The notes: generated by a model not told the origin, from the sequence alone. 64,000 bases of DNA from the human T2T-CHM13v2.0 reference genome, Homo sapiens (GCF_009914755.1 NC_060925.1), one strand, 5' to 3'; numbered from the stretch's first letter, positions 1 to 12,712 are shown. Program-made: numbers and translations.

Positions 1-187
1 CTAACTTTTTTTTTTCTTTTTACAAAAAACAATTGTTATTTGTGTACTTTTAAAACCTCACAGTAATATTTTCACACTACCTTCTTGGCTGAAAGTTCAC
101 ACTCGGAATTCCAGAGCAGTCCATGGCCAGGCCCACTGGGCTCCCCTTGCTCTCTCCTTGGCTTTGGTAACCACTGGCCCCAGGGAC

Positions 188-332
188 TCAGCCTGCTTTC
201 CTATCCATCCCCTCAGTAGCTGTCACCATGCAGGTTACCCCTTCTGTTTCTTCTACCACTAACTCCATGTCTGACTGCAAGTGAAAGGAACAGAAGCCCA
301 AACCTTTGGGTTTTAAGGAGTTTATTGCTAAT
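188..332 (-). other. Candidate novel third coding exon, in frame with the PARP8-like exon 2
   Basis: Strong acceptor tctcctgtctctttctgttttacag|A (AG at 334-333). Reading frame open for 48 codons to TGA at 190-188. No transcript evidence available. Confidence 0.4.
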
Positions 333-804
333 CTGTAAAACAGAAAGAGACAGGAGATAAGCATGACAAAATATAGGGAAGAAATGACTTTTGCCTAAAC
401 TTCCAAACTGTGTACAATTGAAGCCTCTGCTTTATAGCTCTTAGCACACCTCTCAAATAAGAAGGCAGTACTGGGAAGGCTCTGAACCTGTGGCAGAACC
501 ACTGATAGCTGTGGAGCTATTCCAAGGAGTCTGGGAATCAGGGGGATTATCAAGATCATTGTTAGAATAAATTAATCTTACTGTATATATAGCAGAAGTT
601 TTCAAGCATATGTAAATGCTACTAATAACCAAATAATTACACCTTGTTTTTCTTTAAACTGTAACTCTCAAGTATGTCTCTACAAAATTTTTTGATGGTA
701 GTGTCTGCATGCTCAAAAAGCTTGAAAACACTACTGGAGAAGAAGGTCTCGGGAGTGTGATGAAATACGTTTACATGGCAGCTTCATCATTTAATTGGTG
801 AAAG

Positions 805-870
805 TGACTATGTGTCTTAAACTCTCTGAGCCTCAGTTTGCACATCCAAAAGCAAGGATATAATTCCATG
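805..870 (+). mobile_element. MIR fragment
   Basis: ctctctgagcctcagttt core motif. Confidence 0.55.
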
Positions 871-1949
871 AACCTTTCCACCTCAAGTCCACAAGGCAGA
901 ATAGCAAGATGTTAACTGCCACTCTGAGGACCACCAAATAAAAGGACAATTTATTAGGCCACTTGCCAGCATGGACACAATCGACTCTTGGCATTTCTTA
1001 TTATCCACAGAAAAATTAAAAGTATAAATGTAGAACAAAATTATCGTGTTTTTTTTAATAGTAACATGTAAGATCAATCTTTGTCTTTAAAATACCGTGT
1101 ATCTCATTCTTGGAAAGCGTCAAAATGAAAATGGTATAGTAAGTTTTATCTACAACTTGAATTAAAATTATTCTTGAAATACGTTCTGAATGGTTAGATG
1201 AAATGGTAATTAAATACAAATAGAGATAATCATATACTCTCTCTCCATAAGGCTCCCACCTCCTTCAATGAAGTCTAGTTCACCTAAAATGACACTATTA
1301 ACATTAATTCAATATTCTAAGTTGATAAGCACATTAAATCAAAACACAGCAAGATTATTTTAAGAGTCTGACTGAAATGTCAGGATGAGAAATAGATTAA
1401 TAAATATTGGCTTCTAATGTCGGTAATGAAAACAAACACGTTATTTTCAGAAAATAAAACGTCTTCGCCATTAGGTACAAATCATAAAGGGATTATCTAC
1501 GGTTACTACACTGTAACAACTTTTTACATATTGTATTATAGAACAAGCTTTTGAGAAGACAAAGCAACACATCAGCAGTTTAACCAATTGTCTTTCTCTT
1601 TTAACAGGCTGGTCTACATTAGATTAGATATAAAAGGCCCAGGTATTACTTGTGTTCGATCTTAGCCAAATGGCTGAGAAACATCCAGGTACATTTAAAT
1701 CAGTGACAAAAGAAAACATTATCCCTTAGTAAAATTACATAAAATAGGAAACATCTCTTACTTTAAGAGCAACCATGGTACTTGTTCCTATGGTGAAAAC
1801 TGATGTTATCTCGATTAGTTAATTATTCATCCCAACACCTGGTCTTGCTCCCTTTTCCACCTCTAGCTATGTTAACACTAGAGTTCAGTAATTTGCTGAT
1901 AAAGAATCTTAACTGCAGTATCTAACAGATCTTAGTGATTAAGCATATG

Positions 1950-2030
1950 ACTTACTCTTTGTACAGATAAGTAAACTGAGGCCAAAAGAACTGAGGTATC
2001 TTATTAAAAATCAGAGAGCTAGTTAGTTGA
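1950..2030 (-). mobile_element. MIR fragment
   Basis: acagataagtaaactgaggc core motif (reverse orientation). Confidence 0.55.
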
Positions 2031-3411
2031 AAAGTCCACCTGTCCTTCCTTTCCACATGTCTCACCAGAAAAACAGCAATGGTGAAAAGTCAACTCTGTT
2101 TTTAATGGGCCACTTTGTATATTTTAACTGTTAAAATAATCCAAGAAGATAGTAGTCATATACGAAGATCCTTTAGATATAATGTGTAGGACCAGCATTA
2201 ATTTAATCAACCAAGTCTCCTCTCATTGAATTAATTCATAATTACAAAGATGACATTACAGTAAATTAAGAAATACTGTAATTTCATTCTCTCCAAAAAG
2301 TATACATTAAAGTTTGGTGAATACTGTTATATTTTCAACTAGTAAATCAATGTGCCAATTCTGGGTCTTAGGCATATTGTATATACTGGAATGATATTCA
2401 CTTTAATTAAATTTGTTTTGAGATGTAGAATGTAATACAGATCCTACGTGTTTTTAAAAGTTCACATCAATTTCAAGCTTTTAAAAATGTATGTACACAA
2501 GAAAGCTTCTTTTGCAATTTATATGTTTACAAATGTTGCCATTAGCTAAGCTATATTTTGGAATGTGATCAAACAATATTGAATGTCAAGTCTTAACAGC
2601 AGGGCTGGTCTAAGGAATTCCCTCTAAGCTAAATCTGATCCTTTCATATGTGGCTACTGCTCTTTTAAACTACTGTATCCCTAAAGGGCTAAAAGGAAGA
2701 AAATCCTAACTTAATAAGTGAAGGCAGCAAGGCATAGTATTTGAATGGCTACCTTTCATTTTAACTCTACTTCTTAAATTCACAATTGGATTTGGGTTTG
2801 TTTCAAGTTGTTCACAATTTACTAACGAAATGTGCATCTCTCATTCTTCCCCCAAAAGAAAGAAGTCATCCACTCCAGCTACATATAAGTCTCCAATTTC
2901 TGTCTTACAACTAAACGTGAAAACCGAAATACCACTCATTGAAAAAAAAAATGTACAGAGAATTGGCAGGCTGCATGTTTATGTGAACCTTCAGAAAACA
3001 TGGAAACACGCAGCCCCAACTCACCAGGAAAATCAACACTTGTGATCAAACTATTTTGTGACATTTTATGTCTTTTATACATTTCACTTCATATCCAGTA
3101 TTCCAGTTTTGCACCGGCTTGCCTGTATCAACCCCAAATCGCCTGAGAGCAATCTAGTACTGTAGCAGAACCGTTTCAACATGAAGAGTTCTGCTCATCG
3201 CCTGTGGCATGGTCTTCGAAACACCTGAATCAAACATTGATTCCCCTCCCCCTGCTATTTAAAACCGAGGGACGTCAGGCTTGGGTTGTAGGTAAAGAAA
3301 AGCCACAGTAATCAAACAAGCAACCAAAATACCCGAACACGGAACACGCTAAGAACAAAGGAAACACAAGAGTGTGAACAGGAAATGAAGCAACTCTACA
3401 CCCATAAATAC

Positions 3412-3466
3412 CTTCTGGGGCCGCCAACATAGGTAAAAGTAAAGGTGGAGTCTGAGTACCTGAAAT
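3412..3466 (-). pseudogene. PARP8: Duplicated PARP8 coding exon 2 (55 bp): (D)FRYSDSTFTFTYVGGPR
   Basis: Acceptor actttctgtttcag|ATTTCAGGTAC and donor CCCAGAAG|gtattt. In frame with exon 1 (phase 1 to phase 2). Translation matches the recalled PARP8 residues after CLFA. Intron 3467-4373 is 907 bp. Confidence 0.9.
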
Positions 3467-4373
3467 CTGAAACAGAAAGTCCTGTCAAAAGCTACCCCTG
3501 GAGTGGATTTGTTTTAACCCCGATCAGGACTTGGGCCCTCCATTTGGTGGAGTCAGGGGAGGCCTGGCCGGGCGGGAGGCGAGGGCTAGAGGGCGGCGAG
3601 GTCTCTCCGCGCAGCGTCCGAGGGGATGCGGCGCGCCCCCGACTGGGTGCAGCGGCAGGCCGCCCCCGGCAGCAAGTGCCGGGTGCCATGGCAACGGCGG
3701 GAATTTCCCGGTCGGGGAGGCCGGAAGCAGCCCCAGCCGGGCTCGCGGCAGCGAAAGCAAAATCCGATCTCTCTCCCGGGGGAGCAAAATGGACGAAAGG
3801 CGACCCCCCAGGCAGGGGCGCTGGGTGCCTTGGGAATCCGAGGAATCCCTTCTCTTTGCCAGTCGGAGGGGACTAGATGGAGCCGAAGGGGCCGGAGATG
3901 GGCCGAGCGCTGCCCCCCGGGGGTCCTCGGCGCCGGGCGCAGCTTACGAGCGCAGCGCAGCAGGCTCCATTCCCGGCCGCCGCCGCTCAGCCCATTACGC
4001 AAACCTGGCGGGTCCAACCAACCCCGCTGTGCCGCCGCTGCTGGAACCCAGGAGGCGTGCTTGCAGGCTTCGGGCACTACGCGGGGCTGGAAATACCACG
4101 CACTGCCCCTTCGCCTAGACCCCCGCTCGGGCCACGCGGGTTCTGCCCTCAAAGCTGGTAGCTGCCCCAGACTTGGGGGTGGGGGGAGGGGAAGGGGCGA
4201 GGCTGGCGCCCCCTCCCGCTTTTGGCTCCCGCGTTCGTTGCAGCAGCTGTTGCCAAATGAACCCCGGAATGCGGACGTGCAAACCCTCCACCCCACCCCC
4301 AGCCACACACGTCGCGGTCAGAGAACTGGGAAGGGGGCGCTGGGTCCGAGGTTCTGGAAAAGCAAGAACTCAC

Positions 4374-4461
4374 CTGCAAACAGGCAGTCCTCAGCTCTGG
4401 ACTTCTGGATCACGACGTCGATATCCTTCTGAATTCGGTCTTGCCTTGAACACATCCCCAT
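4374..4461 (-). pseudogene. PARP8: Duplicated PARP8 coding exon 1 (partial, unprocessed paralog): MGMCSRQDRIQKDIDVVIQKSRAEDCLFA
   Basis: Translation matches the recalled PARP8 N-terminus (MGMCSRQERIQKDIDVVIQKSRAEKDCLFA) except E8D and one missing Lys. ATG at 4461-4459; canonical donor GCAG|GTGAGT at 4373-4368. The differences, plus the neighbouring PPIAL4, suggest a paralog rather than the chr5 gene. Confidence 0.9.
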
Positions 4462-4608
4462 TAAATAAATCCTTGGAAAAGAAGCAGCCGCTATTTCCAC
4501 CCCACCCCCCTCGCACGCTTTCAGCTTTCGTAAATATTCAGTTAAAAATGAAACCTCTGGCCGAGGCAGGGGCTGAAGGCCAAGTGGTTTCGGAAGTGAT
4601 CCTGGGTG

Positions 4609-4654
4609 AGAGGAGGAGGAGGAGGAGGAGGAAGAGGTGGAGGAGGAGGGGGAG
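4609..4654 (+). repeat. (GGA)n purine repeat in the PARP8-like 5' region
   Basis: gaggaggaggaggaggaggaagaggtggaggaggagggggagg. Confidence 0.85.
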
Positions 4655-5829
4655 GTCGGCTTTCCATTTCCAGATGTGACCGCCCAGCTGCTGCTCGCCG
4701 CTGCTGGATTCCAGTTTCCTCCCCTTCTGGCGACGGATTGGTGATGACACCGAGTCTCACTTTCTCCTTCCCCCGCCGGGACCAACCGCCGTGGGGGGCC
4801 GAGGGTGCCGGGGACGGCCGGAGAGCGATCACGGGCTGGGCGGCGGAAGCCGACGAGGGGCGAGCCCCGCTCCGGCTCAAGCGATCACACCCCTCACGGC
4901 CCGCACTCCGGCCTTCCACACCCGTGCACACTCTCGCCCGCGGGCGGCGGCAGCCGTGCCCAGGCTGCTGCAGCGCCACCCGCCCGCCGCGGACCCTCCG
5001 CGCCCTCCGCCTAGTCACCCGGCCCGGCCGCGGGCCGCCGGGGCTCGCAGAGTGTCAGCCATCCCGGGCAGGAGTCGCGTCTCCCCACCCCGACCTCCAC
5101 TCGCGCCGGGAGCTGAGCGGCAGTGTAGGTAGTGAAGACTCCCTGGGGCTCCCAGCCTTCCCTCTCCGCGCTCTCCCCCCGTCACTTTTATGAATTCGAC
5201 TCCACTTTCTAAAGGAATTATGAGTCTTGTGGCAAACACAAACCGGAGTGGCCGGGAGGGGGAAAAGGGGGGAAAAGAAAATCTTTAAAAATTAAAAAAA
5301 TAATAAAACGAACAAATCTTTACTTGTTGCCACCTCAGATAACACGGAAAAAGCCTTGAAATTACTCCAGATGTGCACCCTCCCCTTCCCTCAGTGCCTG
5401 AGTCTTTTTCCTCCAGATCGAAGTATTTCAGCCCTTTTGGGGCGCCGTTTGCGAAACACAGCCCCTTTTGAGGGACTTCCTCCTCTTGAAAAGACTCACC
5501 AGTTCTCCCTTCCTAGGTGTTTCTGTTCATGAGAAATTGTCAGAATCAACTGGCACGTTCCAGGGTCTTCCTAAAGGATGGAAACCTGTTTGGCTTGCTT
5601 TTTAAAACCACCTCCTTTGACAGTCAGTCCAGGGAAAGCTACAATCCAGGTGTTCAGAAATGAGATACTGCTCTGATTCTCACTTTCTGTTCTGCCTAAG
5701 GACACCTCAGGCTGACGTAGCTGCCCCACCTCTATATTGGTTTATGCCCTAGGAGAGGTCTCCAGCAGGCACTTTTCTTGTTGATCTTTTCTCCGCTGAG
5801 AAGGCTCCCGCCAGTAGACCATGACTCGT

Positions 5830-5910
5830 TTTGCTTTGCATTCTCAGTGCCACGTACAGTGCCTGGAATACAGGAGGGTGGCCTAAATGTTGGCTGAATG
5901 CATGAATGGT
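5830..5910 (+). mobile_element. L2 3' end fragment
   Basis: acagtgcctgg...aaatgttggctgaatgcatgaatg is typical of the L2 terminus. Confidence 0.6.
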
Positions 5911-6200
5911 CATTTCTTGCAGCCTCTTTTCATTACCCTGTCTCATCAGCTTTCTTATCAGAATAAGTGCCCAAGAGTGCCAAACTGTTTCAGACCCTTA
6001 ATCAATTTAGTTCTGATTCTCACCGTGACAACATGATGTTCAGCACGGTAGGAATGACTGCCATCTCTGAAGGAGTCTTAAGATTCTGTAGAATCAGTGA
6101 AAGATTCTATGTTCTAACGCCTTTACCTTTCAGGAAAGAAATTACAAAATAGTTTCATTGTCCAGTCATATTCACTATGAGTTATAAGAGGAAACATTCT

Positions 6201-6766
6201 ATCTAGAATTAGAAATACCATTTGACCCAGCCATCCCATTACTGGGTATGTACCCAAAGGACTATAAATCATGCTGCTATAAAGACACATGCACACGTAT
6301 GTCTATTGCGGCACTATTCACAATAGCAAAGACTTGGAACCAACCCAAATGTCCAACAATGATAGACTGGATTAAGAAAATGTGGCACATATACACCATG
6401 GAATACTATGCAGCCATAAAAAATGATGAGTTCATGTCCTTTGTAGGGACATAGATGAAATTGGAAATCATCATTCTCAGTAAACTATCGCAAGAACAAA
6501 AAACCAAACACCGCATATTCTCACTTATAGGTGGGAATTGAACAATGAGAACACATGGACACAGGAAGGGGAACATCACACTCTGGGGACTGTTGTGGGT
6601 TGGGGGGAGGGGGGAGGGATATCACTGGGAGATATACCTAATGCTAGATGACGAGTTAGTGGGTGCAGCGCACCAGCATGGCACATGTATGCATATGTAA
6701 CTAACCTGCACATTGTGCACATGTACCCTAAAACTTAAAGTATAATAATAATAAATTTAAAAAAAA
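6201..6766 (+). mobile_element. 5'-truncated L1PA (about L1PA3) 3' end
   Basis: ORF2 C-terminus ([14 protein letters not shown]), L1 3'UTR with gctagatgacgagttagtgggtgcagcgcacc, and poly(A). Confidence 0.92.
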
Positions 6767-7697
6767 GAACAAAACATCACATTGTACCACATAAAAAAAA
6801 AAAAGTTGGATTTTGCAAGGAAGATAGACATCTGACTAAAGTTTGGCCTAGCAAGGAATCTTTGTTAGTACTACTTCTTGTTTAAGGAAAGAAGAGACAC
6901 TCATCTTTCCTTCAAACAATATAAGTCTCTTTTCTTGTTTGATCACCTTTTATTCATTAAGGACCAGTTGAATCATCAGTTGGGACTTGGTAGCAGAGGA
7001 TATTTCCTGGATAGTGTGAGCTATCAGGCCTTTAATGTGGGAAGTTTAGTTTCTATAAAAATAAAATTAAAAAAGATTAATAGTTGGAACAAACTATAAA
7101 GACAGTTTCTGAGCCCAGAGGGCAGCTGATCAATAAGATTTCTAGATGCTGGGCTTGTAGTATCTTCAGCTGGAGTGAGAAGAGGCATTGGATTAGTTTG
7201 CAGTTTGAATGCCATAAAGATGGGCCACACACAAGCTGTTGTGGTAATTTTTCTGAAGCTTATGTCAAGTCATCCAGTTTCAGTTTGAAGGACTTCAAGA
7301 AATGAAAAGTTTATAATTTTAGTGATTCCAAGCCAGAATAGCAGGAAAAAAATGAAATATTAATTTGGAGTGTTGTAGCTAAATATTGTAGTAAGCTAGA
7401 AAAATTGAGGATCTATTGCAGATTGCAGGCAGATAATAAAACCTCAGGAAAAAAAAAAAAACAGCTAGAATCTAATATTGGGTGCACTGCAGTTTTCTCC
7501 CGAAACATAACTTTTCTCTCTATATTCACTCTCATTTCTGTCAAAGATAATCAAAGTCAGATTGATTTGTTTGCTAAATAAGTTTAATCTCATTAAACTT
7601 GTACTGGTTTTGTACACAAGTGCAGTTAAGAGTAGTGATTGACCATTTAGGCTCTTTTAAAGGTTGCGTTTGTCAGATAAGAAATCTCAGATTAAAC

Positions 7698-7995
7698 TTT
7701 TTGTTTTTGTTTTTTTAGACAGAGTCTCCCTCTGTCTCTCAGGCTGGAGTGCAGTGGTGCGATCTTGGCTCACTGCAATCTCCGCCTCCTGGGTTCAAGC
7801 GATTCTTCTGCTCAGCCTCCCGAGTAGCTGGGATTATAGGTGCGTGCCACTATGCCTGGCTCATTTTTTGTATTTTTAGTAGAGACAGGGCTTTCACCAT
7901 ATTGGTCAGGCTGGTCTTGAACTCCTGACCTCGTCATCCACCTGACTTGGCCTCCCAAAGTGCTGGGATTACAGGCGTGAGCCACTGTCTCCAGT
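7698..7995 (-). mobile_element. AluS with TSD TCAGATTAAACTTTT
   Basis: Full dimeric Alu, direct repeats on both sides. Confidence 0.95.
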
Positions 7996-10166
7996 CAGAT
8001 TAAACTTTTAAAAGCCACCTGAGGCTGGGATACAAGCCCAAAACTTGTCATTAGTCTGCACCTGTTACATTTATAGATTTAGATAAATTTCTCTCTTCTT
8101 GAGGTCCCTAAAATATCCCAAGGTTTCCAGACCCACCAAGCAGTGACATTCTTTACTTACCTGTAAGTCTGGGAACCCTAGAGCCAGTTTTTCCAAGATG
8201 GTACTTTATTGGTTCCATAAAGCCAACCTTAGTCCCCTAAAGCCTTCTGGTCATATCTGAAAACATGATGTTTCAGTCAAAGCCTTGGTGATATAACCTG
8301 TGTTTCCAGTTTGTCCTGTTACAAAGACAACAGATTCTTATTAAACTTATGCAAATAAATACATTGCCATAAAAATAAGAATATGCACAAATAGTTTCCA
8401 AATTCTGGAGGGATAAGTTAGGGAGAAAAAGTAAATGTTTCCATTTTGCACAAAAGTATTCTTTACTGAATTGGTGTAAGCTAGAGATAGCTTAAAAAAA
8501 AGTTTTCTGAAATCTGGAAAACAAAACATTTAAAGAACTAGCAATGTTTCCAACAAAAACTCATTTTAAAAATTATTCTCATCAGTTCATTCAGTACCAT
8601 GTAATTAAATCTTGTTTTGCTTGATCTTGGGTTAGTAGTTACATGAACCCATCAGTTTTATTAGAGTTCTGGAAATTCTTACCAGTCCAATTGTATGACG
8701 TTAAAGTTGTTCAGAAACCTGTATTCCAGAATAGTCATAAGAGTATTTTCCATAAATCTCCTTGAAGAAGAAGCCATTTTGGACTGTAGCTAATTTCAAA
8801 TGCTTTTAGAGAACAATTAAATTAAAACAATAACTGTCTACAGATGACAAGGACTTAAAATGTCCATGGTTAAAAAATCTAATGAGAGTTCATTACAATG
8901 ATGCAATTTATAAGAAAATTTGGTTAGCATGGCATACAGCATTTTAACATAATAACCAAAATTATGACTGATAACATACTAGATTTCTAGGAATCTCATA
9001 CAACTTTTGTACACTTATCCCAATAATATATCCATAAATATAACTTAAAGATGGCTTAGCATCACTTTTTATTTGAATGCTACACATATAATTTAGCATA
9101 TTAAATAAATCTAATTGGTTTAATCTCTCTTTCATACAAAAAAAAAATTCTTTGTGGCTTTCTGAGGGTCCAATATGGAGAATCCTAAGTTAATTTGAGG
9201 TCAAAAAGACTTAACTTAGAATGTGATTTTGGGAAGATTGTCAAAAATGTCAAAAAGTTTAAAACATTTAAAACAAATATGACCATAGTTATCTATTTAA
9301 TAAAAGCTCCATTAAAAGATTTTAAAGGCAAATTCAGATTACATAGTTGTGAACAAGAACTTAGCTCCTTTAATATTGAGAAGACTCACTTTTCTTAAGT
9401 AACCAAAAACCTAATAAAACAACATGAAACTCAAGAAATTATCTTGATGAAACAGAGTCTCTGTTTCTGAGGCCAATTACTTAAAAGGAAAAAAATACCC
9501 TTTACATTCTCAGACCAACATTCCAAGAAAACTTTACCATTTTAACGGAGAAGATCAAATTCTACTTTTGAATCAATGTATTACTAAAACTAAGTTTTAA
9601 TAAAACCTTATAAATAAATCTATCCAATCTCAGTCAGCTTAGACCATACAAGATAAGATTTTCACAATCCTTCTAGACATCTTTTCTTATTTACTTTTGC
9701 AACAGACATACACCAGACAATTAAGCAATTTACTTTTACTACATATTCTACTCTTAGGTTGAATTTATGGTTTTATGGCCTTAAACATCTAACAGTAACA
9801 ACACAAACTTGTCTAATCAGCAAAGCCAGGTAAAACAAGTGTATGCTGACAATTCTGAAAATGTTTCTATTTTTATTTTACCAATATTTTTTAAACTAGT
9901 TTTTATTTACTAAGGAATATCCCAGATTATGTGAACTTAAAAAAAATTGGGTCAGTTTCTACTTTTCTGAAAATTTTATACATTCTTATTTGTTTGAGTG
10001 CTCATTTATCCCTAGCCAATTTGGGTATTTTAGTTTGGTAATAACGTTGGAGGTAGAAAAATATCACATATACATAACATAATAACATAGATACACACAT
10101 GTACACATACACAAACATATAGAGTGATGTAACCAGATCTTATGACTTCTCATTTAAAAAATTTTA

Positions 10167-10463
<297 letters not shown>

Positions 10464-12006
10464 TTAACCATGAGGCAGTAAAACAGAGTAATACAAAAAT
10501 ACAAACTCACTGGTTTATCTCCGCTTTATATTGTTATCCAAATTGTGTTTCTGGTGAAAAAGGGATAAGTTGAGTTGACCTACATAACAAAGGCTAAAGC
10601 TTTTTACCAATATTTGTGGAGGAGGTTTTTTAAGATTTTTTTTTTTTTTTACTTTATCAGTTTCCAAACAGTTTCTTTTTTTCTCCTATTATCAGCCCCA
10701 GGTGCTTGTTTTTGAGGGGCCTCTGAGTCCCTTGAGAGCCCCCTCAAAGGAGGGTAGGATAGGGGTCCTGAAGTTCAGCAGAAAAGAAACGGGTCTGGCA
10801 AGAGTGGACAGAGAAATAGTCAGCAGAGACTTGAGAAGAGGGGTTTCAGGTGACAGAGCTCCCATGGGAGAAGCAGGATCCAATAGAGAGAAGAGAAAGA
10901 GCAGAGTGGTTTTATAGAGAGCCAGGAAGAACAATTTGTAGCCCAGGGAATCAGGGAATAACCCCTCACTCAGAAAAAGAGAGCCAGAAAGAAGAGACTT
11001 CTAGCCTAGGGACTCAGAGAATAGACCACTCAGAACAAGAAGCCCACACGAAGACCTTCCTGCCCAGAGGATTGCTTTCAAAAGAAGCCTGGGACTCTAC
11101 CCCAGCTTCAGAGAGAATATTCATCCCTTCAGATTCAAAATCTGTCCTTAGCCATCAACGGGCTTTTGTCTGGAGCAATGGCTCAGGAATCTGATTCACC
11201 AATGGATCCCTAATCAGTCAGAAATGACAACAAAGACTTCAAAGGCATGCATTTAGGGTTCTGAGTGAGAGGCCCAGGATCCAGTGATGAATCTGTCCTA
11301 GTTGAGTTTCAACACCATAGTTGTTAAAGAAAAAATTATTCAGTGATACTTCAAATGCACAGTAAAGAAGACTTTATTCAGGACCATCACCATAGATATA
11401 GGAACCACTGCAACACAGTCTTGGAGCTGGGGAGAGAGATGGGCTTAACTCTGAATACAGCATGCGGAAGTGGGAATTTATAGCCCAGGAGCAATGCAGG
11501 GGTCAGTGAATGGAAAATCACTAAGAGGAAACATCAGGAGTAAGGGAGATTCTGGCTAAACCGCCCTAAAAGAATTCTTGCTGAAGACTGGCCAGGGTGA
11601 TCAGACATCACCTGCAGAATGGTGAAGAATGAAGAACCTGATCAGATATTGAGAATGAGGGGTTCTTTGGTAAACTTGGCAGTGTTCTTTGCTAATGCTG
11701 GATTTTGCGAGGAAGTGCACAGTTTAGCCTAGCTGAAGATTTAGAAGCCTGACTAAAGTTGGCCAAGCAAAGAATCTTTGTTATCAACATATTCCATCAA
11801 ACCTCACATCCCTGCCTTAAATGATCAAACCATCCGCACTCCTGTATGCTACTGTTCTCCATGAAAAGTTACTTCTTCTTTGCCTTAACCAAAATCCAGC
11901 CATTCTAGAAAGACACCAGAAGGCTTTCTGCAGCATCTAAAATTCCCCACATTCTGGGCCCAAATCCTTTTCCTTTCCCTGTTGCTTTTAGATCCACATT
12001 GTGTAA

Positions 12007-12336
<330 letters not shown>

Positions 12337-12712
12337 ATTCTGTCTTTTTATATAATGTAACTTGTACTTTTATGTAGTAAATTATCACAATGGTGTCAGA
12401 CACTCTGAGGAAGAGTATTTTACTGTATCATTCCCATTACCCAATCAGGAAGTCTTAACAGGCAGATTTTAACAAAAATATAAGACACAACTGTGCCCTA
12501 GCTTTTCTCACATACTTCCTACCTCACACTTCACACATTTCTTTTTCTCAGCACCCACTCTTAAGTAATAATTTATTTCCCCTGAATATTATTTACCTTC
12601 TGTGGGCTACTTTACATATCATCTGAAAGCATGATCAAAACAGTTATATTTGTGAATAATTTTATTTTGGTTTATTTCTTAGCAGAAGGAGGAGTTAATA
12701 GTAACATTTGTA

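Larger units (their letters stand above)
3412..5100 (-). ncRNA. Probable 5' end of a PARP8-derived lncRNA of the LINC01145/LINC01138/LINC00869/LINC00623 family
   Basis: CpG-island promoter plus two spliceable PARP8-like exons downstream of a same-strand PPIAL4 gene, an arrangement I recall for these chr1 lncRNA loci. TSS position is approximate and the paralog identity is not verified. Confidence 0.55.
3560..5260. promoter_or_regulatory. CpG island / duplicated PARP8 promoter
   Basis: Very GC-rich, dense CpG, GC boxes, spanning exon 1 and intron 1 within AT-rich flanks. Confidence 0.9.

Noticed and set aside
4374-4461. Calling this the authentic PARP8 gene
   Set aside because: It differs from recalled PARP8 (E8D, missing Lys) and sits beside PPIAL4, which marks chr1 duplicons.
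3445-5239. Many long overlapping ORFs (up to 268 aa) on both strands of the CpG island
   Set aside because: Expected from stop-codon scarcity in GC-rich DNA; Arg/Gly/Pro/Ala-rich with no family resemblance. Only the PARP8 exon segment is recognisable.
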